DNA of 64,000 bases from a virus: the IMG/VR virus record IMGVR_UViG_3300034110_001237, positions 64,001-128,000 of that record; one strand, 5' to 3'. The notes under the pieces are model-generated. The model was given only the letters and a program-made list of their open reading frames with translations. It did not search any database and was not told the origin of the DNA. Numbering within the stretch: position 1 is the stretch's first letter; every line of letters begins with the position of its first letter. Of the stretch, positions 30,841 to 40,589 are shown in pieces. Position numbers and translations under genes: made by a program.

Positions 30841-31104
30841 ATGAACGATATCACCATTACACATTTGCCTATGCAACAAGTCAGCAGTGTCGCCTACAAA
30901 GGAAAATTCATTGGTCTGGCCGAGGATGGTGATTCCGCCAAAATGCAGCGGTTGGTTAATGAAGCGATGGAGCTTCATGATAAAGCTGAAAAAGAAAACT
31001 GGATTAAAGCAATGGTCAAAGTCTCTCGACTTGTATATAATCTTGACAATGATGAGGTTTCGGAATCTCGTATGATCGAAATTATTAAGGAGCAGTTCAA
31101 ATGA
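30841..31104 (+). CDS. small protein, paralog of 30543
   Basis: RBS GAGG before ATG 30841; same motif. Confidence 0.75.
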   Translation: MNDITITHLPMQQVSSVAYKGKFIGLAEDGDSAKMQRLVNEAMELHDKAEKENWIKAMVKVSRLVYNLDNDEVSESRMIEIIKEQFK

Positions 31105-31574
31105 AATATCTTTCTTTGTCCAAAGACATTGGAGCGGTAGCGGTTGCTCTTGGTGTTTCAAGTTATAAAATCAAAGATACCATTTTTGATGTATTCCAAT
31201 CTATGGAGATTAAATACTCAAATTTTTCTGATTGGTATGACAAGATTTTTGTCGAAGTATTGATGGATAATGTGCGTCGGGATATTGTTTTGGCTGTTGA
31301 TGGCACTACCATTGCGGCTATCTTGATTTTGAAAGATATGGATGGTGAGAAGAAAGTATGCAATATTGTGGTACTTCCAGCTTACCGTAAACAAGGTATT
31401 GCCAACGAATTGTTTGAAATTGCATTTGAATATCTTGGCACTCGTAAACCTATGCTTTCAATGTCACAAGACTTGGTACCTAGCTTTTCTGGCATTATTC
31501 GTAAATTTAAATTTAAGCTTACTAATATTGATCAAGCTTACAATACAGATAAAGCAGAATTTTATTATAATTGA
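31101..31574 (+). CDS. GNAT-family acetyltransferase
   Basis: Y..F..WY, ILK....EKK.C...V.P.YRKQGIA..LF, LGT.KP. Confidence 0.85.
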   Translation: MKYLSLSKDIGAVAVALGVSSYKIKDTIFDVFQSMEIKYSNFSDWYDKIFVEVLMDNVRRDIVLAVDGTTIAAILILKDMDGEKKVCNIVVLPAYRKQGIANELFEIAFEYLGTRKPMLSMSQDLVPSFSGIIRKFKFKLTNIDQAYNTDKAEFYYN

Positions 31575-31584
31575 AAAAAAGTAT

Positions 31585-31613
31585 TGACTTATAGACTTAA
31601 TTCTCTTATAATT
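31585..31613 (+). promoter_or_regulatory. sigma70 promoter of tRNA-Leu
   Basis: TTGACT-N17-TATAAT just upstream of tRNA. Confidence 0.75.
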
Positions 31614-31622
31614 GTCAGCATT

Positions 31623-31706
31623 GCGGAAGTGATGAAATGGTAGACGTTCTGGTCTTAGAAGCCAGTGCCGAGAGGCGTGTGGGTTCGAGTCCCACCTTCC
31701 GCACCA
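31623..31706 (+). tRNA. tRNA-Leu(TAG)
   Basis: Acceptor GCGGAAG/CTTCCGC-A-CCA, anticodon arm CTGGT-CTTAGAA-GCCAG, long variable arm, GTGGG-TTCGAGT-CCCAC. Confidence 0.95.
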
Positions 31707-31779
31707 TTTTAATACAGGCTCACATTTGTGGGTCTTTTTTTTAACTTTTTGTCAGTGTGATCGATGATGGGAGTGTTAT

Positions 31780-31989
31780 GTGAAAGAAAATCTTGATGTC
31801 TCCAAATCAAAAAGAAATTTATTCATTGTTGTGGGTCTTGTTTCTTTTTTGGCTCTCTTTCTTGGCATGGAGTTATCCCGATTTTTTCATAACTATTTTG
31901 ATCGTCAGTCTTCTATTCACAACACAACCTCTGATAAAACCCAAGGCATGGTTAAATCATTCTTTGCTCAACAAGGAAGCAGACAATGA
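31780..31989 (+). CDS. small single-pass membrane protein
   Basis: RBS GGGAG, GTG start, one TM. Confidence 0.65.
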   Translation: MKENLDVSKSKRNLFIVVGLVSFLALFLGMELSRFFHNYFDRQSSIHNTTSDKTQGMVKSFFAQQGSRQ

Positions 31990-32474
31990 CTCTTCCTGTC
32001 TATACTGACTTTATCGTTAAATACACACAAGAACAACCCCTTGAACGTAGTTGGATGCCTCGTTTACACAATAACAGTCATTATTATTGTGATAAAGAAT
32101 CTCGATTTGTCGATGTCTCTGAAATGTTGGAAAGTTTGTATTCAGAAAAATTAATTAGCTATCCACGAACAGATGCAAATGTTATCTCTGTTGATTTGTT
32201 TGATGAACGCTTTGATATTCTGGATGCCATTACTGAATCCAATTACCATAACAAGGACATTGTTAATCTCTTGATACAAATGGACATCAATTACATGAAA
32301 CCTAACTGTTGGGTAGAGCAATTGAAATTCTCTCATAATGCGATCCACCCAGAAGCCACTGTTAAAGATATGCGTTGTTATTTTTTACCAAGGACTCGGC
32401 CTTACGATGTGGTTAGGGAAGTTATCTATACCGATATTTGTAAATCCTACATTAAACTGTTCATTCCAGATTGA
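31986..32474 (+). CDS. stand-alone type IA topoisomerase catalytic-tyrosine domain
   Basis: LESLYSEKLISYPRTD...SHNAIHP...IYTDI matches TopA/TopB Q.LYE..LITYPRTD...AH.AI.P...LY.LI; no TOPRIM domain. Confidence 0.75.
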   Translation: MTLPVYTDFIVKYTQEQPLERSWMPRLHNNSHYYCDKESRFVDVSEMLESLYSEKLISYPRTDANVISVDLFDERFDILDAITESNYHNKDIVNLLIQMDINYMKPNCWVEQLKFSHNAIHPEATVKDMRCYFLPRTRPYDVVREVIYTDICKSYIKLFIPD

Positions 32475-32523
32475 GGCTTTTCTTTGTTTGTGGTATAATT
32501 GTCGAAATCTTAGAGGAATTACC

Positions 32524-33102
32524 ATGACCAGTCTTGATCTTATTTTGAAAAATATGATTCTGTCTGCACCGCATATTTACCCAACGACTTGGCAATGTTA
32601 TACATCTATTTTCCTTGATATGAACTCAGGTTTCACTTTTTCTAATTCAGAAGTTGGCTGTCCTTTTGAAGTCAATGAACTTCCTGTTATCAATGAACAA
32701 CATCTTGATGCCTACAAAGCTTTAGCTGTCAATCCAAAAGGACAGCTTGACTACGAAATGAAAGTATTTATGACCAATTTTATCAAAGAAAATATTGATA
32801 TGATTGTTAAGACGAAATGCGTCTATGTAGAATACCTTAAGCCTTCTCGTGACGATTTAGCTCTGTTGAATGATCGGTCGCCTCTTTGGTTGATTGATGA
32901 CACCTATCCTGCTGATGTAATTAACGCTGCTCTTTGTGTGTTGAAAGAAATGAAACATGTATTATGGAATTTTCATGGCATTCATCATTCACCTTCTCGA
33001 CCGATTGATAGTGCAGCTTGGAAAGAAATATGTTATCATACAGCTTATGTTAAAGTGTCTGACCGACTTGAATATCTTCAACCACAAAGGACTCTACCTT
33101 AA
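32524..33102 (+). CDS. hypothetical protein, paralog of 33102
   Basis: TGGTATAAT, RBS GAGG; I......Y.T.W......F N-terminus similar to 33102. Confidence 0.75.
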   Translation: MTSLDLILKNMILSAPHIYPTTWQCYTSIFLDMNSGFTFSNSEVGCPFEVNELPVINEQHLDAYKALAVNPKGQLDYEMKVFMTNFIKENIDMIVKTKCVYVEYLKPSRDDLALLNDRSPLWLIDDTYPADVINAALCVLKEMKHVLWNFHGIHHSPSRPIDSAAWKEICYHTAYVKVSDRLEYLQPQRTLP

Positions 33103-33686
33103 TGAAAGCGATTACAGTGATTGAAGCAATTATTGCCCAATATAACCTTTCTTTCTCTACTCGTTGGCGAGTATTGGAGCACCTTTTTCTGGTGAATGGT
33201 AATGGTTGCTATTGGTTGAAAGATGGCTCTCTTGATTCGGACATCTCTAATTACAAAGAAGGCGTCATGGGTGAAAACAAAATGATTCAGTCGTTGAATG
33301 AATCCTTGGAACTGGTCAAAGACTATAACATCCCAGCCTTTACTGATGCTTATCATCTGCAAATTAAGTTTGAACAAGGCTTTGATCAATTTAAAGAGAA
33401 AAACTTCAAAGCAATTGCAGCAAACCAATTCTTTTTCTTTGACAGTCAAATCCCAAGGTTTAAAGATCTGTCACGGGCCACCTTCAATCATCTGTTCTAT
33501 GAAGTGCCTGATAATGTCCAACCTGACTGGAAAGCATTGATTGTTGAAACTGCTTGTATTGTCCAGAAGGGTATTAAAGACACCTACTTTGTTTCAGGTG
33601 CTCTTACGTCTCCAGATTCATGGTCTAATCAAGAAGCTTTTAGTGTTTATATGGCGGCAGAAAACCAGCTAAAATCTTTAAAATGA
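33102..33686 (+). CDS. hypothetical protein, paralog of 32524
   Basis: TAATG coupling; TRWRVLEHLFL.NGNG. Confidence 0.8.
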   Translation: MKAITVIEAIIAQYNLSFSTRWRVLEHLFLVNGNGCYWLKDGSLDSDISNYKEGVMGENKMIQSLNESLELVKDYNIPAFTDAYHLQIKFEQGFDQFKEKNFKAIAANQFFFFDSQIPRFKDLSRATFNHLFYEVPDNVQPDWKALIVETACIVQKGIKDTYFVSGALTSPDSWSNQEAFSVYMAAENQLKSLK

Positions 33687-33754
33687 CTTGACGAACTCTT
33701 GATTTTTCATCCTACTATGTTATAATGGCCTTCTTAATTAGGGAGGTCATTGTC

Positions 33755-34246
33755 ATGTCGAACAATCATGAAATCGAAAATCTTGAAGATAAAATTTTCA
33801 CGACCTTACGCCGTAATGGGAATTATGCCATTCCTAAAAATGCGGTGAATATTTACGCACCTATCCTTTCATTGCTTACCAAGATGAGCGAAAATGGTTT
33901 CGTTGTTCAGACAGAATCTCCTAATAAATTCATTTTTACAGCTACTGATAAATTGTCGCCTACCATTGTGGTTCGTGGTGTGACTGCAGACAAAGTTCGC
34001 ACTGGTTATCACCTTTGCCGTAAGAAGACCGATGATGTTGTGTCCAAAGTGAATGCTCGTAACCTTGAAGTCTATGCTAAAGATGTAGACTTTCTGGGTG
34101 TCGTTTGTTCGGTGGAAACAAAAGAAGTGGCTGCTAATCTATGGGAACGTCTCACCTTTAAGAAAAATGGTGTTAAAACAGTAATTAAGTTCAAATATAA
34201 GACACTGGTTGTAGCACCTGATACCGAATTGATGAAAGTTCGGTAG
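33755..34246 (+). CDS. hypothetical protein
   Basis: RBS GGAGG before ATG 33755. Confidence 0.8.
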   Translation: MSNNHEIENLEDKIFTTLRRNGNYAIPKNAVNIYAPILSLLTKMSENGFVVQTESPNKFIFTATDKLSPTIVVRGVTADKVRTGYHLCRKKTDDVVSKVNARNLEVYAKDVDFLGVVCSVETKEVAANLWERLTFKKNGVKTVIKFKYKTLVVAPDTELMKVR

Positions 34247-34352
34247 ATATCCTACTCATCAACCAACCGTCTATAACATCACTAACAAGCACTTCGGTGC
34301 TTGTTTTTTTTGAAAGTAGCTTTATACTATTTTTAATTTGTGGAGGTTGCCA

Positions 34353-34673
34353 TTGCTTAAATTTGCTGTATTGTTGAGTTGTTTCACCTTTCTATCTGGT
34401 TGTGGTGGTGATACCATCATTAGTGAGAATCCGCGTGAATTTATTGTCTTAGAATATGATAAGCCTTATGGCTTCAGCGTTACACTTGAAGACGTGATTA
34501 CTCATGAAATATACAAAGATGTTCCTGTTTCGACATCTTGTGACGACTATCCAAAGTTGAAAATTGACTCCATCTGGTCATTCCCTGTCACCACCTATGT
34601 GGACAACTCAGGAAAATCCTATTCGGTGGTTGATGCTAGTGATTTGTGCGATAAACTAGAAAAAATGCTGTAA
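34353..34673 (+). CDS. lipoprotein
   Basis: RBS GGAGG, TTG start, lipobox LSGC. Confidence 0.7.
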   Translation: MLKFAVLLSCFTFLSGCGGDTIISENPREFIVLEYDKPYGFSVTLEDVITHEIYKDVPVSTSCDDYPKLKIDSIWSFPVTTYVDNSGKSYSVVDASDLCDKLEKML

Positions 34674-34719
34674 AACCTTCTCAATTTCTGTTATACTTAG
34701 GCATTCTTCATGATAAAGG

Positions 34720-35406
34720 ATGTCTATTATGACTTCGCTTGATACAGCATCATTGTTTTCTGTCGCAAGGCTTAAAACTCGGTTAAATCGAGAAAACCTT
34801 TCAGAATTCATTCCATCTTCGTTCGTTTTTCAATCAGTCTCCATCATTGTCATGGTTCTTGCTTTTATCTATGGTATGAGCATTGATAGTCGTAAAATCA
34901 TAGTATTCAGTGCATTCAATGGGATTGCTTCCATTCTATTGTTCGGTTTGGTGTTATGGATGACTAAAATTAAAACGTTGCCTGATCGCTATTACAGTTG
35001 GTCTACTGCCATCAATTATGTGGGAGCAGTGTTTTCCATTCCTTATCTGATTTTTATTGACTATGAAGCTGTATTGGCATTTTCGACGATCTTCTTTTTC
35101 ATCAACATTTTCAACCTTTGTGTTCTTCTTCATATTTTGAATTTTCGGTCTAATCATCACCACAGTTGGAATGCTCTTCGTCAAGTTACCGAATCGAAGA
35201 AAGGCTTCAAATTCAAGCTGACAATGGGGCTACGCCTTCATATGATTATGCCTATTGGTTTGATCAGTATTCATTTTGAAAGTATCACTATCAATCATGT
35301 CGAACATGATTTGTACTATCTAACTAAACATTTCAAAGAATATGGACTAGACTTGTCTTCGGTTACTGATGATGATTTAAAACTTTGGGAAATGATTAAC
35401 TATTGA
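34720..35406 (+). CDS. 4-TM membrane protein, tandem paralog 1 of 3, C-terminal MxxY tag
   Basis: PDRYYSW...NY shared with 36171; ends LWEMINY. Confidence 0.85.
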   Translation: MSIMTSLDTASLFSVARLKTRLNRENLSEFIPSSFVFQSVSIIVMVLAFIYGMSIDSRKIIVFSAFNGIASILLFGLVLWMTKIKTLPDRYYSWSTAINYVGAVFSIPYLIFIDYEAVLAFSTIFFFINIFNLCVLLHILNFRSNHHHSWNALRQVTESKKGFKFKLTMGLRLHMIMPIGLISIHFESITINHVEHDLYYLTKHFKEYGLDLSSVTDDDLKLWEMINY

Positions 35407-35423
35407 TTAAAATCAGGTGGTTT

Positions 35424-36092
35424 ATGACTAATATTTTATTTTTTACACAACGTATGCTGGTCGCTTACACCTTTGGTTTTATGGGCATTCTGTGCTCTAT
35501 TCTTATCGCGGCTTTACAGATAACAAAGATATCTGCTAGCGGTGATGTGCTATGGCTTTTATTGGCGTGTGGTTTTGCAGTGGCTGTATTTGTGGTTTAT
35601 CTGGATAGCCGTCCAGTTCTTGACAATATTAATTACTATTCAAAATATGCCATGTTTAATTATGTGTTTAGTTTATATGTTGTGGCTCATTCAGTTATCA
35701 TGATTGGATCAAGTCAATTGTTTATACTGTTACCTGCCATGTTGCTAAGTGTTTTCAATATTTTCTTGTTTTCTAAAATCCATCATGGTCTTTCTGAACA
35801 CTTGATTATTCCAAGACTTCAACAATTATATAAGTTATTGCCAGAAATGCATAATGTTAATATTGATTTTGACTATACTTTTTTACGAAAAACAGATCTT
35901 TTGATTTTTGAAAGAAGATTCTTTAAAATCATGACAACAATGGGTGAATTGCTTTTTGACGGCCATTATCTTTACTTGAACGGCTATAAGTATGAAGTCG
36001 ATGCTTTTGTGGATGGATTTAAAGCTTGCTCTATCGACATTAACAGTTCAACACCAGAAGATGCTATGGTTATGCAAATGTATTGTGTATAA
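35424..36092 (+). CDS. 4-TM membrane protein, tandem paralog 2 of 3, C-terminal MxxV tag
   Basis: YYS....FNY; FN.FLF; ends VMQMYCV; RBS AGGTGG before ATG 35424. Confidence 0.8.
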   Translation: MTNILFFTQRMLVAYTFGFMGILCSILIAALQITKISASGDVLWLLLACGFAVAVFVVYLDSRPVLDNINYYSKYAMFNYVFSLYVVAHSVIMIGSSQLFILLPAMLLSVFNIFLFSKIHHGLSEHLIIPRLQQLYKLLPEMHNVNIDFDYTFLRKTDLLIFERRFFKIMTTMGELLFDGHYLYLNGYKYEVDAFVDGFKACSIDINSSTPEDAMVMQMYCV

Positions 36093-36182
36093 TTGTAGCT
36101 TAATAAGTCATTTTTAGCTGTCTTATTTCTTTTCAATAGTGTATAATCAACATATATTTGAATCAACGCCATGAGGTGTTTT

Positions 36183-36875
36183 ATGAAAGCATTACAGTAT
36201 TTGAAACAAATCACACCCTTGTTTATTATGCGGCAATACAACTTGTCCGCATTTTTGGTTTTGTTATGTTCATGTTTTGGCATGTATCTCACCATGTCAC
36301 ATATGGAACTTGGTGGTAATAAGTTCTTTATCATTGTTGGAGGTGTAACCTTAGTGACACTGGGGTTCGCTTTTGTCCTTCATGCGATGAATTACTTTGC
36401 TATGCCGCCTGACCGCTTCTATTCAGATTGGTCTTGGATGAATTATATTTTGGCTGGTGTTGTGTTGTTGTCAACTCTCACCATTCCAGAAGAAAGCCTT
36501 GTTAACTATTTGATTATTTTTTCTATTGCTATTCTCAACTTGTGTCTGTTTATGTCAAGCATGCAATTTAGAAGCACATATTCAACTGAAATCACTAAAC
36601 TGCGAAAATTGTTTCCTGATGAAAAACAGTTCATGTTTGATTTTGACTTTGATTTTTCACGAGATTTTAAGGGCGTTGTCAATAAGAAAAAAGTAAACTT
36701 TGGTATTTGTCTCTTAACAAATTCAGGTAAAATTGTTTTGGCGGGTGATAATTTTTATTTTGATGACAAACCTTATTCCGCTGATAAACTGGCAAAGGAT
36801 CTTAAAGAATGTGAATTGAGTTTTAACAAGGCCAGTAAAGATGATTTGAAAGTTGTTGAAATGGCAACCTATTAA
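36183..36875 (+). CDS. 4-TM membrane protein, tandem paralog 3 of 3, C-terminal MxxY tag
   Basis: PDRFYSDW..MNY; ends VVEMATY; RBS GAGG before ATG 36183. Confidence 0.85.
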   Translation: MKALQYLKQITPLFIMRQYNLSAFLVLLCSCFGMYLTMSHMELGGNKFFIIVGGVTLVTLGFAFVLHAMNYFAMPPDRFYSDWSWMNYILAGVVLLSTLTIPEESLVNYLIIFSIAILNLCLFMSSMQFRSTYSTEITKLRKLFPDEKQFMFDFDFDFSRDFKGVVNKKKVNFGICLLTNSGKIVLAGDNFYFDDKPYSADKLAKDLKECELSFNKASKDDLKVVEMATY

Positions 36876-36932
36876 TTCGCTAGTTTTATTGCTCTATTTA
36901 CTGTATAATTTAGAAAATTTGGAGAGAGTTAG

Positions 36933-37442
36933 ATGTCAGATAAACCTGCTAAAATTGTTCCTTATGTTCCTCATTATGCTCGTGGTGGCAATGAAGTGTT
37001 GATGGAGCAAGAACGCACCTTTTATGACCGTAGTGGTAATCATGCTTTGGTCACCAGTGTGGTTTATCGAGACAAGAAAGGTGGCATTCATCAAGAAGAT
37101 ATTCGTGTTAAATGGATTAATATTAAACCAGCCGTTAAGATCGAAAAACCCAAGGTAACGGTTGAACGTGTATTCATTAGCTTAATGGTATGCAGTAATG
37201 GCTTGTTCTTTTACACAACACTGCAGATGTCTGATGGTCGCCGTGAAACGCCATCACATAGTAAAGAGCTTTATCGTGCTCTTTACGACATTGCCACATG
37301 GGCCAATACCTTTGACATTGAACCAGATGTTTACTTGTCAAATGAGTATGTTTCCGAAACTGATGTGCAGGCGGCTTACAAAGAAATTAAACGCATGGTT
37401 GAGCGATTGAAAATGTCTCGCAACCAAAAAAGCTACTTTTAA
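36933..37442 (+). CDS. hypothetical protein
   Basis: TATAAT, RBS GGAG, 169 aa. Confidence 0.8.
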   Translation: MSDKPAKIVPYVPHYARGGNEVLMEQERTFYDRSGNHALVTSVVYRDKKGGIHQEDIRVKWINIKPAVKIEKPKVTVERVFISLMVCSNGLFFYTTLQMSDGRRETPSHSKELYRALYDIATWANTFDIEPDVYLSNEYVSETDVQAAYKEIKRMVERLKMSRNQKSYF

Positions 37443-37456
37443 TTGAGGTTTTAATT

Positions 37457-37735
37457 ATGTCAAAAATCAACGGTTTTATGGAATGGTTTAAAATGTCGTA
37501 TCCTACTCGCAATGTAGAATCTCTTCGTCGTCGGGCATCTAGCTTAACTATTCGGTTGAGTGATTACGCTCAAAATAATTATGGCACTCACTCTGCTGAC
37601 CGCATGGAGAGTGTTGTAAAAACCAGTTGGAATGTCCTAACAGGGATGAACCTTATTCCTGAGAAGGATAAGGTTTTTCATTTGAAAGGTCTTATCAAAA
37701 TTTTGAAAATGAATACTAAGATGAATGGCTGCTGA
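37457..37735 (+). CDS. small helical protein, possible paralog of 37738
   Basis: RBS GAGG; NVE.L...A..L...L and LK.(L/M)IK.LK shared. Confidence 0.75.
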   Translation: MSKINGFMEWFKMSYPTRNVESLRRRASSLTIRLSDYAQNNYGTHSADRMESVVKTSWNVLTGMNLIPEKDKVFHLKGLIKILKMNTKMNGC

Positions 37736-37737
37736 TT

Positions 37738-38001
37738 ATGTTTAAATCCTTGTTGAAGTATTTTAAAGCATCCAATAACGTCGAAGACCTTCTTTCAGAA
37801 GCGACACGTCTTATTGGAGCCATTGAGTCGCGTTTGTATTCTCAGGAAACCCGCGAAGGTTACCTCAATTCCATGAAAACATTGAAAACATCAAGGGAAA
37901 TGCTGCAAATTCTTAACGAATCGAGTGAAGAACAGCAAGTTATTTTCTTGAAAAAAATGATCAAACGGTTGAAACCGATTAGTAAAATGAAACGGTTTTG
38001 A
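37738..38001 (+). CDS. small helical protein, possible paralog of 37457
   Basis: Same pattern. Confidence 0.75.
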   Translation: MFKSLLKYFKASNNVEDLLSEATRLIGAIESRLYSQETREGYLNSMKTLKTSREMLQILNESSEEQQVIFLKKMIKRLKPISKMKRF

Positions 38002-38089
38002 CGGATTTTAAAAGTTGTTGCATTTTTTCATTTTTTCTGTTATAATCCGTCATCACGTTACACCGTTGTACTGCCTGAAGGAACCTTCT

Positions 38090-38620
38090 ATGAAATCACC
38101 AGAACTAACAAAATTAAAGATTCTCATTGATGTATTGAAAGATAAACATAATGATTACTACGAAAAGTACAGTGGTCATGATTTTCTAGCACATGCCGAT
38201 GAAGATGATAATTCTGATACTATTTCTTATTTGATGGAGCATGTCCGAAAACTTAAAGTGACTGACAAGAAATATCCAGCTTATTTACAATATTGTTATG
38301 CGATCTTTAAAGAATTACAAGCTTCTGTTAGATCAGATCTTGAAATTGCTAAACTTACTTATTCTGATCTCATTTATCAAAGCCTCACTGACAATTCATC
38401 AGACCGTTTATTTCTTGTTGAGTCTTCGATCCATCAACCTGAAAAACTGGATGAATTGTATTCAGTTATTAAGAATGATACAAATGAAAAGTTGTCCGAT
38501 GTTGTTCTTGGTGTTATTGACAATTATAAGATCTTTGAAGAAGATCGAAAACGTAGATTGTCCAATATCAATTCATACTTTAACTATTTTTCTAAGTGTT
38601 TTGATGATTTGAAAAAATGA
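38090..38620 (+). CDS. helical hypothetical protein
   Basis: RBS AAGGA before ATG 38090. Confidence 0.75.
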   Translation: MKSPELTKLKILIDVLKDKHNDYYEKYSGHDFLAHADEDDNSDTISYLMEHVRKLKVTDKKYPAYLQYCYAIFKELQASVRSDLEIAKLTYSDLIYQSLTDNSSDRLFLVESSIHQPEKLDELYSVIKNDTNEKLSDVVLGVIDNYKIFEEDRKRRLSNINSYFNYFSKCFDDLKK

Positions 38621-38778
38621 GCTTGATCGCCCGTATCCCTGTATGGTTAAGACGATTAGGTAATAGTCCGGTGGCTACCTCGCCAGTAATGGCTTAATAG
38701 ACGACTGATTGGTGTCGGCAAATCCGGTAAGATGGTGTAAGACTGTCAAAGAAAGAAGACCTTTGGGTCTTTTTTTTT
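38621..38778 (+). ncRNA. candidate structured RNA ending in terminator
   Basis: GC-rich intergenic, GCCA-GTAA-TGGC tetraloop hairpin, ATAGTC/GACTGT pairing, terminator AAGACC-tttg-GGTCTT-T run. Confidence 0.4.
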
Positions 38779-38820
38779 ATTTTTTTTGCGTTACAATTAA
38801 GCAATAACCCCTATATAGAT

Positions 38821-39666
38821 ATGAATAATTACTTAAAAACATCACTGGCTTTTTCTGTTTTCTTAGCTTCGTTGATCACTCATGCTGACTACCAAGTCAA
38901 TTACTTTCTTGATAAGAAAGACATCAACTTTACCAATACTCCAGTTGTTGGAGAGTGGTTATCAACCACACCATCTTACAGCGAGTGGACATACGTTGGT
39001 GACTATTTTGACTGTCAGTCAGCCTTGCCAACTATTGAAACGCAAGACGAAGGTGTTCAGTTTACACAAACTCTATCAGATTGCTCCAGAAACAGAACAC
39101 GATCTGTTCAACAACGAGAGCAAAACGATCAAACACATGCCTACCGAAATGTTGGTACTCCTGTTGATGAAAATGAAGATGAAAAAAACTTAACATACAC
39201 TCAACAATTAATAGGAACCAGTCCAGCTTTCACACTTAATTTTGGAGCTGGTCGATATACTGCAACTGGTAGTACATTGGTTGGTTCTTATGCTCGAACA
39301 AATTCTGGAATATCTATTGGTTCAACTATCTTGAATGAAAATGGTGCCAGAGTGCTTTTATATTTTACCTCTCCTGCTCAATATCCTGCACTTCAAAGCT
39401 GTATACTCAGGTATGGCATCACTTCAACAACAGGTTGGACACCGGGCGGTATCACACCCCCAACAGCCTATGACGATGTTCAAAAATATAACTATATTGA
39501 TCTCTATAATGGAAGCACATTATACAAACGTTATAGCCTTTCAGGTTCCAATATAAACTCAGCCGAGACTGGTTATTACCGTGATATTTCAGCCACTTGC
39601 TCTGATATGTCGGCATTCTACGACAATACTTCATTTTTCAGTAAAGCTGTATTCCGTAAACACTGA
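38821..39666 (+). CDS. secreted protein, A(D/E)Y N-terminal family
   Basis: Signal peptide then ADYQVNYFLD..DINF; YSEW..VG...DC...P...QT..DC...RTR..Q.RE.N beta-rich domain. Confidence 0.8.
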   Translation: MNNYLKTSLAFSVFLASLITHADYQVNYFLDKKDINFTNTPVVGEWLSTTPSYSEWTYVGDYFDCQSALPTIETQDEGVQFTQTLSDCSRNRTRSVQQREQNDQTHAYRNVGTPVDENEDEKNLTYTQQLIGTSPAFTLNFGAGRYTATGSTLVGSYARTNSGISIGSTILNENGARVLLYFTSPAQYPALQSCILRYGITSTTGWTPGGITPPTAYDDVQKYNYIDLYNGSTLYKRYSLSGSNINSAETGYYRDISATCSDMSAFYDNTSFFSKAVFRKH

Positions 39667-39722
39667 TTAAATTTTGAACAAAAAAAAGACCTTCGAAAAG
39701 GTCTTTTTAATTAACAATGATT

Positions 39723-40316
39723 TTATTGATTTTGAAACTTGTCCCATTCTTCTTTGATAGTTTCCGAATCAACAAAGACGGCAAGGTTTTCATAGACCAC
39801 ATCGTTAATCTTGATATTGCGATCTCGACCCACTGACATACCTAGAATAGCTGACTTGTCTGCAGAGTAGACTGGCCCACCTGACATACCACCAATCGTT
39901 CGAGAATCACTAATCGCATAACGGCCATCTTTAAATTCAACTTCGTCTTGAATGAACTTACCACGCAGTTCAACTGTCAGACCGTTGTCTTTTGGCCCCA
40001 CATGAATGACTTCTTCATCGGCTTTTGGATTTCGCCATTCAATCGCTGGATTGAACTTATCGTTGGGCTTGTTCTTGAAGAATACCAGATCAACAGTATC
40101 ACTGACATACTCAGGATCTGCTGGGTATTTGTTATGCTTGGCGGTTACAGCATATTCACTATTCCATTGAATATAGCTTGCACTAATCACTTTACCGTCT
40201 TGTAGATCAGTGATTTTTTTGTAATTGCTGTTAGGGGCAGAACTGCAGGCAGTTACCAGTGCAACACACGCCATCACCAGAATCATTTTCAGCATTTTCA
40301 GCATTTTCATGAACAA
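39723..40316 (-). CDS. trypsin-like serine protease lipoprotein (intact triad)
   Basis: Lipobox VTAC; VTAKH (His), VDLVFF (Asp), GGMSGGPV (Ser). Confidence 0.85.
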   Translation of the reverse strand: MFMKMLKMLKMILVMACVALVTACSSAPNSNYKKITDLQDGKVISASYIQWNSEYAVTAKHNKYPADPEYVSDTVDLVFFKNKPNDKFNPAIEWRNPKADEEVIHVGPKDNGLTVELRGKFIQDEVEFKDGRYAISDSRTIGGMSGGPVYSADKSAILGMSVGRDRNIKINDVVYENLAVFVDSETIKEEWDKFQNQ

Positions 40317-40457
40317 TCGTCTCCGTTTAAATTTCCATTATTATATTATAAATTGAACAAAAACACAATGTTAATGTGATTACATTCCTTAATATTGATG
40401 TTTTCATAAATGATTATTATTATCAACAAGTTATGTCTTCATAACATTAAAAATAAA

Positions 40458-40486
40458 TTGACTTCTTAGTTTCTATTTGTTATTAT
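40458..40486 (+). promoter_or_regulatory. sigma70 promoter of tRNA-like RNA
   Basis: TTGACT-N17-TATTAT (with TG extension) 5 nt upstream of RNA. Confidence 0.7.
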
Positions 40487-40491
40487 TGAGC

Positions 40492-40588
40492 CACTAGATA
40501 GAGATGACGATGGAATCGCCTCACAGAAAGGTTAGATCATCTTTAGGTTCAGCGGCGATTGGTTGGGTTCGAGTCCCAGATCTAGTGT
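40492..40588 (+). ncRNA. tRNA-like RNA lacking D stem, with 33-nt anticodon-position loop
   Basis: CACTAGAT/ATCTAGTG acceptor-like stem, TTGGG-TTCGAGT-CCCAG T arm, AATCGCC/GGCGATT stem; own promoter and terminator. Confidence 0.7.
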
Positions 40589-40589
40589 G

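Noticed and set aside
40406-40424. Fur-box-like sequence ATAAATGATTATTATTATC
   Set aside because: 14/19 match to consensus, but such matches are expected in very AT-rich spacers and it does not overlap the nearby promoter.
40492-40588. True tmRNA
   Set aside because: Far too short, with no tag ORF and no G3:U70 alanine identity pair.
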